Part shown: positions 11,596 through 21,295 of the stretch, one piece after another
Layout of the letters: every line of letters starts with the position of its first letter
How positions within the stretch are numbered: the stretch's first letter is position 1
Assembly (NCBI GenBank): GCA_038227875.1
Contig: JBBRPR010000045.1
Coordinates: 1-64,000, forward strand
Length of the DNA stretch: 64,000 nt
Reading direction: 5' to 3'
Source: Planctomycetota bacterium
GTDB lineage: Bacteria; Planctomycetota; SZUA-567; H5-PLA8
Made by a program: the position numbers and the translations under genes
Notes under the pieces: generated by a model
What the model was told of the DNA's origin: nothing
The model's database searches: none
What the model saw: the letters and a program-made list of their open reading frames with translations, nothing else

Positions 11596-12765
11596 TTAAA
11601 GCTGCGAAGCCAGCCATTCCGCCACGCGGCACGCGTCGTAAAAATCCTTGAGCACGATCTCTTCGCGCGGCGTGTGAACGTACCGTTGCCCGCAGCCCAT
11701 CGTGACGCAGGGAATGCCGTGCATGACCACGTTGTTGGCGTCCATGCCGCCGTCGTTGGTTTCAAACTCCGGAGTCAGCCCGAATTTTCGCAGCGCCACA
11801 GCCGCGGTCTGGGCGACCGGGCTTTCGATGTCGACATGGAACGCGTCGTAAATCGGTCCGGGAGTAAAGCGCACACTTCCCGCTTCGCCCGCGTCGTTCT
11901 TGACGGATGCCGCCGCACGTTCGAACGCCTCGCGCCAGTAGCCGACGATCGTCCGGCGGAATTCGCGGTTGTGCGAGCGGGCTTCGGCCAGGATGTGCAG
12001 CTGCGGCATGACCACGTTGCTGCCGGTGCCGCCGTTGATCGTCCCCAGGTTCGCCGAGCCGACCGCTTCGCCTTTGCGGATGCGGCCGTGCCAGCCGGCT
12101 TTGATCAGGTCCGCCAGCGCCAGCGCCGCGATGGCCGCTGACGAAATGCCCTGCTCCGGATGCCCGCCGGCGTGCGAGGCCTTGCCCGTGATGTGAATGT
12201 GAAACCGTTCCGTCCCCGTCACCGCGTGCGTCACTAACGCCGGATCGTCGGAATCAAAATTGTAGCAGAGCGACGGCAGCGGCGACCCAAGCTTCGTCAC
12301 GTCCATGCCGTGCGAGCCGACGAGGCCGATCTCCTCCTGCACGAAAAAGACGAGCGTCGTCGGCGCGTGTTGTCCGTTCAGCGCGATGAGTTTTCGCGCC
12401 AGGTTCAGCAGCACCGCGCAGCCGGTGCGGTTGTCGCCGCCCAGGCATTTACCTTCCGCGGCGTTGCGGATCTTGCCGCCGTCCAGCACCGGTTTGGCGC
12501 CGACGCAGTCCGGCACCGTGTCGAGGTGCGCGCAGAACATCCGCCGCGGCGGCGGATTTTTCAGCGTACTTTCGAAGCGTACGATCAGATTGCCGGTCGA
12601 TCCGCCGATCTCACTCCGCCGGTTCGCGTCGTCGACGACGATATTGTCCGGCGGCACGCCCATCGCCTTCAAGCGCGCGCGGATGAATCCGGCCACGCGT
12701 TCCTCGTGGCCGGACGTTCCTTCGATCTCGAGCAGCTCCAGCAACTCCGTCGTGGCGCGCTCCAT
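11596..12765 (-). CDS. M20 family metallo-amidohydrolase (peptidase T-like)
   Basis: CAHLDTV, LGGDNRTG, QEEIGLVG, GKASHAG, GGMDAN, VHTPRE; start overlaps upstream stop (TAATG). Confidence 0.9.
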   Translation of the reverse strand: MERATTELLELLEIEGTSGHEERVAGFIRARLKAMGVPPDNIVVDDANRRSEIGGSTGNLIVRFESTLKNPPPRRMFCAHLDTVPDCVGAKPVLDGGKIRNAAEGKCLGGDNRTGCAVLLNLARKLIALNGQHAPTTLVFFVQEEIGLVGSHGMDVTKLGSPLPSLCYNFDSDDPALVTHAVTGTERFHIHITGKASHAGGHPEQGISSAAIAALALADLIKAGWHGRIRKGEAVGSANLGTINGGTGSNVVMPQLHILAEARSHNREFRRTIVGYWREAFERAAASVKNDAGEAGSVRFTPGPIYDAFHVDIESPVAQTAAVALRKFGLTPEFETNDGGMDANNVVMHGIPCVTMGCGQRYVHTPREEIVLKDFYDACRVAEWLASQL

Positions 12766-14084
12766 TACTTCTTGCCCTTCGACGACAGCTTCGACAGCGC
12801 CGTCTCGAACGCGCTCGCGGCGCGTTCGCATTCGTCGGCGGTGATCGACAGCGGCGGCTGGAAGCGCACCACGTTGCCGAAGACGCCGCCGGTTCCGACC
12901 AGCACGCCGCTTTCGCGCAGCGACGCGCGCAGCTCCTTCGTTTCCGTGTCGGCCGGTTCCTTGGTCTTGCGATCGCGGACCAATTCGATGCCGATCATTA
13001 AACCCTTGCCGCGCACGTCGCCGATCAGGCTGAATTTCTCCTGCAGCGCGCGGAAGCGGGAGAGCAGGCCTTCGCCGCGCAGCGCCGAATTCTCGATCAG
13101 CTTTTCTTCGCGCAGCACCTGGATGTTGGCGATCGCCGCCGCGCACGAAACCGGATTGCCGCCGAACGTCGAGAGATGATCGCCGGGCTGCATCGCGTCA
13201 CTGACGGTGTTGAGCGCCGAGAACGCACCGAGCGGAAAGCCGGACGCGATGCCCTTGGCCATCGTCACGATGTCCGGAATCACGCCGGGGAAATGTTCGA
13301 TGCCGAACATGCGGCCCGTGCGTCCGAAGCCCGACTGCACTTCATCGACGATGAAGAGCGCGCCGGTATCGTGGAAAATCTTTACCGCAGTTTCAAAGTA
13401 CCCCGGCGGCGGCACCAGGATTCCGCCTTCGCCCAGCACCGGTTCCGCCACGAACGCCGCGACGTCGCCGGAGAGCTGCTGCCGCACCGTGTCTTTCAGT
13501 TCGTTGGCGCAGGCCAGCCCGCAGCTCGGGTATTCCAGCTTCAAGGGACAACGGTAGCAGTACGGCGTCGGCCCGAACGCCACGCCCGACGAGTACGGAC
13601 CGTTCTTCTTCTTGCGCGCGGCGTTGCCGGTGATCGACAGCGTGCCCAGCGTGCGGCCGTGAAAGCTGTAGCCCAGCGCCACGATCTCGCGCTTGCCCGT
13701 CGCCTGCTTGGCCAGGCGCAACGCGCCTTCGTTGGCTTCGGCGCCGGAGTTCCCGAAGAAACTCTTGCGCGGGCCGCCCGGCGCAATGTCGGAGAGCGTC
13801 TGCGCTAATTCGCCGACCGCGGGGACCTGATACACGTAGGAGCAGCAATGGACAAGCTTCTTGATCTGCTCAATCGCCGCCGCCGTAACTTTCGGATGAT
13901 TGTGGCCCGCGTTGACCACGGAAATTCCGGAGAAGCAGTCGAGGTACTCGCGACCGTCGTCGGCGCGCACCGTCCGGCCGCTGCCGCTGACCAGCGTCAG
14001 CGGCTCGACGCCCTTGGCCGCAACCGGAAGAAGGAAGTTGGCGTACTGCTGAGCGGTTTCCACGGAATGTTCTCCACGATTCAT
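12765..14084 (-). CDS. class III PLP-dependent aminotransferase (omega-amino acid type)
   Basis: NSGAEANE, SFHGRT, EPVLGEGG, DEVQSGFGRTG, MAKGIASG, HLSTFGGNP. Confidence 0.95.
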   Translation of the reverse strand: MNRGEHSVETAQQYANFLLPVAAKGVEPLTLVSGSGRTVRADDGREYLDCFSGISVVNAGHNHPKVTAAAIEQIKKLVHCCSYVYQVPAVGELAQTLSDIAPGGPRKSFFGNSGAEANEGALRLAKQATGKREIVALGYSFHGRTLGTLSITGNAARKKKNGPYSSGVAFGPTPYCYRCPLKLEYPSCGLACANELKDTVRQQLSGDVAAFVAEPVLGEGGILVPPPGYFETAVKIFHDTGALFIVDEVQSGFGRTGRMFGIEHFPGVIPDIVTMAKGIASGFPLGAFSALNTVSDAMQPGDHLSTFGGNPVSCAAAIANIQVLREEKLIENSALRGEGLLSRFRALQEKFSLIGDVRGKGLMIGIELVRDRKTKEPADTETKELRASLRESGVLVGTGGVFGNVVRFQPPLSITADECERAASAFETALSKLSSKGKK

Positions 14085-14148
14085 TTCGATTCAGGATAGG
14101 GACTACAGTCCCCATGTTGGCTTTTGACCACTTGGCGAGTTGCTGAAC

Positions 14149-15690
14149 TCAGACCCAGCCTTCCTTGGGCGCTTCCGCGCCGAACCAGCGTTCGGTGACG
14201 ACCTTTTTGTGCGTGTAGAATTCAACCGCGTCCGGGCCGTACGCGTGCAGATCGCCGAAAAAGGAGCTCTTCCAGCCGCCGAACGAGAACATCGCCATCG
14301 GCGCGGGCACGCCGAGATTCACGCCGAGCATGCCGCACTCGACGCGCGAGCGGAACGTGCGCGCCAGCGCGCCGTCGGTGGTGAAAATCGAAGCCGAATT
14401 GCCGAAGCGGCTGGCGTTGACGATCGTGATCGCCTCATCCAGCGTCGCCGCGCGGAGCACCGTGGCCACCGGTCCGAAAATTTCCTCGCGCGCAATCGCC
14501 ATCGCCGGGTTCGCGCCATCGAACACCGTCGGTCCCACAAAGGCGCCGTTGGGGCGTGAGGCCGACGTCGAAGTCCGTCCATCCAGTACCAGCTTCGCGC
14601 CTTCGCTTACGCCGCGTTCGATCCACTTCACCACGCGCGCGCGCGATTCCATGTTGATCAGCGGGCTCAGCGTGCTCGTCGCATCCAGTCCGTCGCCCAG
14701 CTTCAGAGCGCTGGCCGCGCGCACGAACGCGTCGACGACGCTCTGCTGGCGTTCCGCCGTGCCGACCGCCACGATCACGCTGCCGGCCAGGCAGCGCTGT
14801 CCCGCGCAGCCGAAACACGAACCGATCAGCGCCGGCAGGCTGCGTTCCAGATCGGCGTCAGGCATCACCAGCAGATGGTTCTTCGCGCCGCCCAGCGCCT
14901 GGACGCGCTTGCCCAGCCGCGTCGCCGCGTGGAAGACCGACTCCGCCACCGGCGTCGAACCCACGAACGAAATCGCTTTTACCTGCTCGTTCTGAATCAA
15001 GCGCTCGGCCACTTCCTTGCCGCCGTGAACGACGCTGATCACGCCCGCCGGCAGTCCCGCTTCGGCAAAGAGCGCCGCGATGCGAGTTCCCGTCAGCGGC
15101 GCGCGTTCGGTCGGCTTCAAGATGAAGGTGTTGCCGCACGCCACGGCCAGCGGCATCATCCACAACGGAATCATCGCCGGAAAATTGAACGGCGGAATCC
15201 CCGCGACGACGCCCAGCGGTTCGCGCAGCATGTACGAATCGACATTCTGCGAGACTTCCGGCAGCGTGCGTCCACAGAGATGCGTGGTGACGCCGCAGGC
15301 GAATTCAACGACATCGATGCCGCGCCGCACGTCGCCGATCGCTTCGCTCAGCAGCTTGCCGTTCTCTATAACGATCAGCCGGGCCAGCTCATCGACATGC
15401 TTCAGCAGCAGGTTGCGGAACGAAAACAGCACCAGCGCGCGGTCAGAAACGCTCCGCGCCCGCCAGCTCTTGAACGCCGCCCCCGCCGCGCGGCAGGCTT
15501 CATCAACCTGCGCCAGGCTGGCTTCCTGCACCGTCGCGACCAGTTCGGTCGTGTCGGCCGGATTGCAGATTTTCCGCTGCACCGATCCGGTTCCAGCGAC
15601 CCAGACGCCGCCGATCAGATTGCGCGTTTCGTGCGTATGATGGGAGGTCGCGCGCGCTTCAGGCAAAGGTTCAACCGCGTTCATCGTCAT
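14149..15690 (-). CDS. mmsA: CoA-acylating (methyl)malonate-semialdehyde dehydrogenase
   Basis: PPFNFPAMIPLWM, SFVGST, RVQALGGAKNH, GCAGQRCLA, FSFGGWKSSFFGDLHAYG. Confidence 0.93.
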   Translation of the reverse strand: MTMNAVEPLPEARATSHHTHETRNLIGGVWVAGTGSVQRKICNPADTTELVATVQEASLAQVDEACRAAGAAFKSWRARSVSDRALVLFSFRNLLLKHVDELARLIVIENGKLLSEAIGDVRRGIDVVEFACGVTTHLCGRTLPEVSQNVDSYMLREPLGVVAGIPPFNFPAMIPLWMMPLAVACGNTFILKPTERAPLTGTRIAALFAEAGLPAGVISVVHGGKEVAERLIQNEQVKAISFVGSTPVAESVFHAATRLGKRVQALGGAKNHLLVMPDADLERSLPALIGSCFGCAGQRCLAGSVIVAVGTAERQQSVVDAFVRAASALKLGDGLDATSTLSPLINMESRARVVKWIERGVSEGAKLVLDGRTSTSASRPNGAFVGPTVFDGANPAMAIAREEIFGPVATVLRAATLDEAITIVNASRFGNSASIFTTDGALARTFRSRVECGMLGVNLGVPAPMAMFSFGGWKSSFFGDLHAYGPDAVEFYTHKKVVTERWFGAEAPKEGWV

Positions 15691-15763
15691 GAGTCGCTCC
15701 AGGGCGGCGCAGCTTTGTTTGCCGCCGGGTTATGCTGCGGGAGAAAAACAGCGTTCAACATCA

Positions 15764-15783
15764 GTGTTCTATATACAGTACAC
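15764..15783. promoter_or_regulatory. candidate operator of the XRE-cupin regulator upstream of mmsA
   Basis: Imperfect 20-bp palindrome GTGTTCTATATACAGTACAC; 15/20 match at 16500-16519. Confidence 0.55.
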
Positions 15784-15913
15784 CGCGTATGCATACCTGC
15801 AACACTTATTTTTTGCGGAAATTCATCGGGGTGAAACGGGAGTCTGCAGTCGCGCAATCGCGGATTTCGCGCAGCGCGGAGCCGTGCGGTCCGCTGTCCG
15901 GCGTACGGTGAGT

Positions 15914-16468
15914 TTAGAAGCTCGGCGGCGTGTTGGCGGAGAACGCTTCGACGGTCTTTTTGCCTGTGTTGCGGAAGCGGTGCGGCCGACGGCTGTCGAA
16001 ATAATACGCGTCGCCCGGGCCCAGGATGTAGACGTTGTCCTCGACGGTCAGTTCCAACGTCCCTTTTAGTACGACGCCGGCCTCTTCGGATTCGTGCCGG
16101 TAGAGTTCCGGCCCGGTGTCCGCGCCCGGTTCGTATGTTTCGATCAGCATTTGCAGCGCGCGCCCCGCGCGGCCGGCCGCGATGTCGCGGAACGAAATTC
16201 CCGACTGTCCGGAAATCTGCGTCAGCTCGTCGGCGCGGTAGACGACCTTCGAGAGCGGTTTATTGGATTCGGTGAAGAAGTCCGCGAGACTGCAGCCCAG
16301 GCCCGCGAGAATGATCTTCAGCTTGCCCACGGAAACATTGTTCGTCCCGCGTTCGAGCGCCGAGAGAAAACTCACCGCCACGCCCGTCTCCCGCGACAGC
16401 GCCCGCAGCGTCAGCTTATGCCGCTCACGCAGTTCCTTCAGCCGTTTTCCAATTTCGCTTTCAGTCAC
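15914..16468 (-). CDS. XRE-family HTH plus cupin transcriptional regulator (PuuR-like)
   Basis: IGKRLKELRE...LTLRALSRETGVAVSFLSALERG; cupin HESEEAG...GDAYYFDSRRPHRFRN. Confidence 0.93.
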   Translation of the reverse strand: MTESEIGKRLKELRERHKLTLRALSRETGVAVSFLSALERGTNNVSVGKLKIILAGLGCSLADFFTESNKPLSKVVYRADELTQISGQSGISFRDIAAGRAGRALQMLIETYEPGADTGPELYRHESEEAGVVLKGTLELTVEDNVYILGPGDAYYFDSRRPHRFRNTGKKTVEAFSANTPPSF

Positions 16469-16499
16469 GCGATGAGCCCTTTAAGCCCGTTGCCATACG

Positions 16500-16519
16500 G
16501 TGTTTCATTTACCGTACAG
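16500..16519. promoter_or_regulatory. second copy of the candidate operator, upstream of the regulator
   Basis: GTGTTTCATTTACCGTACAG, 15/20 identical to 15764-15783. Confidence 0.45.
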
Positions 16520-16737
16520 ACATGCAGGTCCGAATTCAATGGGAACTTTGAGGGAGTTCTTGTCATGGGCTAAATTTTATGTTGCCCATCAGCTCATATC
16601 CGCCCTTTGAACCCATCCGGCTTAAAGGACAAACGCCCGCGGAGCGGAAGATTAACGACTGATACCTCGAATTACCGAACCGCGCCTCATCAGCGCAGTC
16701 GCACAACTGGCAAACGCGGCGATAGCGCCGCGTGCGC

Positions 16738-19596
16738 TTACTCGAGTTCCAGGACGATGGACTTCATCGTGGGCTTGGTGGCGCATTTGATTGTGTATTT
16801 GTCGTCGGGGGATTTGGCGATGTGGATGTCCTGCTTCGCCACGCCGGCTTCTTCCCAATTGTAGGTGATCTTGACGGGCGCGAAGCCGCCGTGGGGTTCT
16901 TTGTAGTCGGCGTCGATGCGGAAAGCATTGATCATCGTCGCGTTGTTGTTGGTGGTACCGGCGTAACGGACCCAGGCTTTGCGCGTGCCGGCGGGGACGT
17001 CGGTGGAGATCGTGAACTTGCAATCGTTGGTGACGGGGCCACTGGCGCGGTCGACAGTCTTGAAGGATTTGCCGTCGAAGGAGACCTGGTAGTCCCAGCC
17101 GGCTTTGGCGTCGCGGGCGCGGTAGTAGGAACCGAAGCGCAGGCGCGTCATGTCGCCTGGGGTTTCGATGGGAAAGGTGATGCTGCCTTCGGCGCCGTTG
17201 ATCATCAGACCCGGGCGGGTGATGTTGACTTCCGCGGGATCGTAGTCGGTGTAGACAATCTGCTTGGAGGCCTGCGCGGGATCGGTGTTGGCTTCAAGCG
17301 TGATGGTCCCTTCTTGAGCACCCGCGTTGAAGCTGATCGTGTTGTCGCCGAGGCCCAGCGCGGGGAGCGGGCGCTGCGAGTGCTGGATGTCGTGGGAGAT
17401 CTGGAGCGCATCGAGGCCCGTGCCTTTGCCGGTGAGCGTGACTTTCAGCTGGTATTCGTAGCGGCGGAAGGCGAAGGGCTTGAGGTCGATGTGCTGTTCG
17501 CCGCTGGCGGTGATTTTCGTCACGTCCTTCCAGTGGTGGCCGTGGTTGTCGCTGAAGGCGACGGCGATCGAACCGCCATCACCAATCACGGACTTCAGGA
17601 AGAGATCGCCACTGAGGTAAATGTAGCTGCAGGGCATGCGGAGGATCAGTTCGCCAGGCTTCGCGGCGTCTTGCACGTGAACGGCCGGGCCGGCTTTGTC
17701 TTCGGCGCTGGTGGCGAGGTTGACGACGGAGAGCGCGCCGGCTTTGAAGCTGCCGTCGGCCAGCGGCACGGCGTAGTCGAGCTTTCCATTGCCGACGCGG
17801 CCGTTGGTCAGATCGCCTTCCTTGATATTGTAGCGGTTGAGTTTATCTGGCGTCATTGAAATGCAGCCGGGGCCGCCGCCTTCGAGCATGTTGACGTGGA
17901 GGCCGGTGTTCGACCAGTTGCGCGTGAGGCGTTCGCCTTTGCGCAGTTGAATGTTGACCTGGTAGCCGATGGCGTAGCCGGGTTCCCACGGCATTTTGTT
18001 GCTGCCGTCGTATTCGCCCATGTTGGAGTACCAGCCGTGCGTCATCGCCGGCAGCCAGCCGCGGTCATCGTAGGAGGGACTGCGGGTGAGGACGTCGGGG
18101 CCAGTCTTGAATCCAGCGCCCTTGAATTCCAGCTCGCGCAGCTTGTCCTCGTTGCCTTTGTAACCGGGGTTCTTGCCGTACCAGTCGGCGACGCCGGCGA
18201 AGATTTCGTCGACGCTGGCGATCTTGCCGTCGGCCTTGGGGAAGTTGACGATCAGCGAGCCGTCCATGAGGTGCCAGGCGTCGTCCCAATACATTTCGGA
18301 GACGACATGGCGGTTGATGGTCCAGCCGCGGGCCTTGACGCCGACGTGGCGCGCGAGCTGTTCGGTGTCGGCGGTGGCGACGCCACAGAAGCTGTAGCCG
18401 TAGACGTTGAAAATTTTCATTACGTCCTGGACCAAGCCTTCATTGTGGAGGAATTCGTTGGGCGGGCCGTCCTGGTACTGGTAGGTCCAGACCGACTTCC
18501 AGACCGTGCGCGCTTTCTCCTCGTCGCTCATGCCGTCCTTGATGTACGACTTTTTCCACGCATCGAGACTGGAGACGTCGGGCACTTTATCCGAGAGCAC
18601 TTTGATATAGCTGACGACGCCGATGCTGTTCGTGGATTCTGGCGGCGGAGGAGTTTTCTCGTCGCCCTTCGGAATTTCACGGATGGCAGGCAGCACGGCG
18701 GCGCGCGCGGGTTCCGACGGCTTGCCTCCGCCGAACGCGTAAGCTCCGGCGGCGAGCGTCGCGACGAAGGCCGCGGCGGCAACGGCTTTGGGGATCCACG
18801 CGCCAAATTTGGCGCCAGCTTGGAGCGTCTTTCCGGCTTTCGCGGCGTGGCCGGCGTGCGCGGCGGCCTGCAGTGAAGCGACGGCGCCAACGGACGCCGG
18901 CGCCTGGGCCAGCGGCAGGGTGCGCAGGCTGGCTTCGAGCATCACGGCAGAGAACGCCGCGCCACTTGCTCCAGCGAGCGAGGTCCGCAGTGTCGTCAAT
19001 CCTCGCGCGATGCGTGAACCGACGGTGCCGGCGGGGATGCCGAGCGTGGTGGCGACTTCCGGCTGCGAGAGTCCATGCAGAAAATGGAGCGCGATGGGCA
19101 GCTGCATGTCCGGCGGCAGCTTTTCCAGCGCGTGGCGCAGTTCGGGGCCGGTGAGTGCGGGCGCGGCGTTGGTCGCGTCACGTTGCGTGTCAATATTCAT
19201 CGAGTAGGAATCCTCCCGGGCTTCGCGACGGCGATCGGCGCGGCGCGCGTTCATGGCGACGTGGCGCGTGACGCCCAGCAACCACGCGCGGATCGGCAGC
19301 GCGGGGGTGCGGGTGGCGGTGCGCAGAAAAATTTTCAGGAACACTTCCTGGGCGATGTCTTCGGCGAGGGCGGCATCGCCGACGCAGCGGCGCGCGAAGT
19401 CGTAGACGCTGTCGCGATGGAGCGCGACGAACGTTTCAAACGCGCGCACGTCGCCGGTGGCGAGATACGCGGCGTAAAGTGCTTCGTCGGAGGCCGGCGG
19501 CGCTGCCATGGGGGCCTTGGCGGCCATTGCGGGTGGTACGGACTTCATGTTGAGCTTCTCCAGCGCAGAATTCCGGGCTGCCAGGATCTCTACCAT
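16738..19596 (-). CDS. ECF sigma-70 factor fused via a TM helix to a transglutaminase-like extracytoplasmic domain
   Basis: Region 2 AEDIAQEVFL; region 4 GLSQPEVATTLGIPAGTVGSRIARG; TM AVAAAAFVATLAAGAYAF; YGYSFC...RHVVSEMYWDDAWHLMDG; start may be an internal Met. Confidence 0.85.
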   Translation of the reverse strand: MVEILAARNSALEKLNMKSVPPAMAAKAPMAAPPASDEALYAAYLATGDVRAFETFVALHRDSVYDFARRCVGDAALAEDIAQEVFLKIFLRTATRTPALPIRAWLLGVTRHVAMNARRADRRREAREDSYSMNIDTQRDATNAAPALTGPELRHALEKLPPDMQLPIALHFLHGLSQPEVATTLGIPAGTVGSRIARGLTTLRTSLAGASGAAFSAVMLEASLRTLPLAQAPASVGAVASLQAAAHAGHAAKAGKTLQAGAKFGAWIPKAVAAAAFVATLAAGAYAFGGGKPSEPARAAVLPAIREIPKGDEKTPPPPESTNSIGVVSYIKVLSDKVPDVSSLDAWKKSYIKDGMSDEEKARTVWKSVWTYQYQDGPPNEFLHNEGLVQDVMKIFNVYGYSFCGVATADTEQLARHVGVKARGWTINRHVVSEMYWDDAWHLMDGSLIVNFPKADGKIASVDEIFAGVADWYGKNPGYKGNEDKLRELEFKGAGFKTGPDVLTRSPSYDDRGWLPAMTHGWYSNMGEYDGSNKMPWEPGYAIGYQVNIQLRKGERLTRNWSNTGLHVNMLEGGGPGCISMTPDKLNRYNIKEGDLTNGRVGNGKLDYAVPLADGSFKAGALSVVNLATSAEDKAGPAVHVQDAAKPGELILRMPCSYIYLSGDLFLKSVIGDGGSIAVAFSDNHGHHWKDVTKITASGEQHIDLKPFAFRRYEYQLKVTLTGKGTGLDALQISHDIQHSQRPLPALGLGDNTISFNAGAQEGTITLEANTDPAQASKQIVYTDYDPAEVNITRPGLMINGAEGSITFPIETPGDMTRLRFGSYYRARDAKAGWDYQVSFDGKSFKTVDRASGPVTNDCKFTISTDVPAGTRKAWVRYAGTTNNNATMINAFRIDADYKEPHGGFAPVKITYNWEEAGVAKQDIHIAKSPDDKYTIKCATKPTMKSIVLELE

Positions 19597-19855
19597 GCTG
19601 CATACACCTCCGCGTGCCGAGTGAAGCGGTCTTCGCAGATAGATCTCCGCCGGCGGGGTGAGTTCTCCCAGAAAGTGTAACGAATTGGAGAAAAAAGTGG
19701 GGAGGAACTGGGTAAGTATTAGTTGATGAAGGGCGCCGACTTAGCGAAATGGCGACGCGGTGGCAGGTCGTTTTTGCCGCTTAAAAAACGCTGGCTTCCG
19801 CAATGTTTGGGCGGCGCTCCGCATCGAAAGTGCGAAGCGCGAATTGGACATTCCA

Positions 19856-21040
19856 TCAATGCGATCCCAATCGCTTCACAGCTTCGCCGGACATCAGATC
19901 GTGGGCTTCGGCGAGCGCGGCGGGGATCGTGACGGCGTGGGGACTTTTCTTCAGGCAGGGGAAGAAGTCAATGCCATCGAGCTTGTCGGCTTTGTTGCCG
20001 GGAAACCAGTGGTCGGCTTTGCCCAGCAGGTTGTAGCGCATCTTGCCGTACTCGGTCATGTCGAACGCGCGCACGAAATTGCGCAGCCGCAGAATCTCGA
20101 AGACGTTCACCTCGCCGGGCACGTCCTGCCATTCGGGCAGGCCGACGTGCCAGGACTGCATCCAGTCGCGGCCCAGTGATTTTTCGAGTTCCTCCTGCAG
20201 GCGCGCTTCGACTTGTTTCACGACGGCGGCATGCTGTTCGGGCGATTCCAGATACGGCAGTGCGCGCAAGTGTTCGTCGAAGTCCGACGGCCGCGCCGCG
20301 CCGATGCTGAGCGTGTGCACTTCCGGACGAGCGAGGCACCACAAATTGTTAAAGACGATCGGCGAAACCGGATCGGTCAGCTTCACCAGTTTCTCGCTGG
20401 GCGCGTAAAGTTTCCCGCCCTTGTCGCTGGGGCTGATGATGAACACGCCCATGCCCAACTTCGTCGCCAGCTCGATCGCCGGCCAGTTGAACGGATTGAC
20501 GTAGTACCAATGCAGATTCACGTACTCGAAACGGCCGTCGCCGATCGTGTCGAGCATCACCTTCAGATTGCTGTGCGTCGAGAATCCAACATGGCGGACG
20601 CGGCCCTGCTCCTTCAACTTCAGCGCCGCTTCCAGGCAGCCGCCGGGCCGGACCGACCACTGGCGGCGTTCGTCGGTGTTGATGCCGTGCAGACCGAGCA
20701 GGTCGACGTAATCGAGTTTCAAGAGCGACATCGAACGTTCGAAATTCTTCAGGAACGCTTTCGGATCGGCATCGGGACCAACCTTTGTCTGCACGATCAT
20801 CTTGTCGCGCGGCAGCTTGGGGAGAATATGGCCGAGCTGCTCTTCGCTGGTGCCGTAGCCGCGGGCAGTTTCGATGTGGTTGATGCCCGCGTCGAGCGAC
20901 CGGCGGATGGTCGCCTCGAGATTTTTCTGGCTGTCGGGCGTGAACGGATCCTTGTCGTTCCACGACTGCTGGTAACGCATCCCGCCGCAGGAGAACACGG
21001 GCATCTGCAGGTTCGTCTTGCCGAAACGGCGGTAGAGCAT
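19856..21040 (-). CDS. aldo/keto reductase family oxidoreductase
   Basis: MLYRRFGKT, GINHIETARGYG, LKLDYVDLLGLHGIN, VGFSTH. Confidence 0.9.
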   Translation of the reverse strand: MLYRRFGKTNLQMPVFSCGGMRYQQSWNDKDPFTPDSQKNLEATIRRSLDAGINHIETARGYGTSEEQLGHILPKLPRDKMIVQTKVGPDADPKAFLKNFERSMSLLKLDYVDLLGLHGINTDERRQWSVRPGGCLEAALKLKEQGRVRHVGFSTHSNLKVMLDTIGDGRFEYVNLHWYYVNPFNWPAIELATKLGMGVFIISPSDKGGKLYAPSEKLVKLTDPVSPIVFNNLWCLARPEVHTLSIGAARPSDFDEHLRALPYLESPEQHAAVVKQVEARLQEELEKSLGRDWMQSWHVGLPEWQDVPGEVNVFEILRLRNFVRAFDMTEYGKMRYNLLGKADHWFPGNKADKLDGIDFFPCLKKSPHAVTIPAALAEAHDLMSGEAVKRLGSH

Positions 21041-21113
21041 GGATGGGATCCTCAAGGTTGGGTGCGTGAGGATATTACTTTATAGAGGGACCTGGCGTTC
21101 GGCAATTCCGTTC

Positions 21114-21291
21114 GTAGTCCGGGCGTCCCGCCCGGTCTAACTCCACGCAAGTAAGAATAGCACCTGCGCTCCAGCACACTTCGCTCTACCGCGTAGCAAA
21201 ACCACTTTGCTTCGCGGTAGAGGTTGCCCCTCCAAGGAGTATTGCGTCAGTTCCTATGCCGTGATCTGACCGGGCGGGACGCCCGGACTAC
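21114..21291. repeat. REPIN-like element: inverted pair of GTAG-type REP sequences
   Basis: GTAGTCCGGGCGTCCCGCCCGGTC (21114-21137) and its exact reverse complement (21268-21291). Confidence 0.85.
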
Positions 21292-21295
21292 AAAT

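Noticed and set aside
12766..13146. N-terminal extension of the M20 ORF, and likewise of 54015-54977 and 44294-45415
   Set aside because: Each overlaps the upstream gene; coupled stop/start junctions give better starts.
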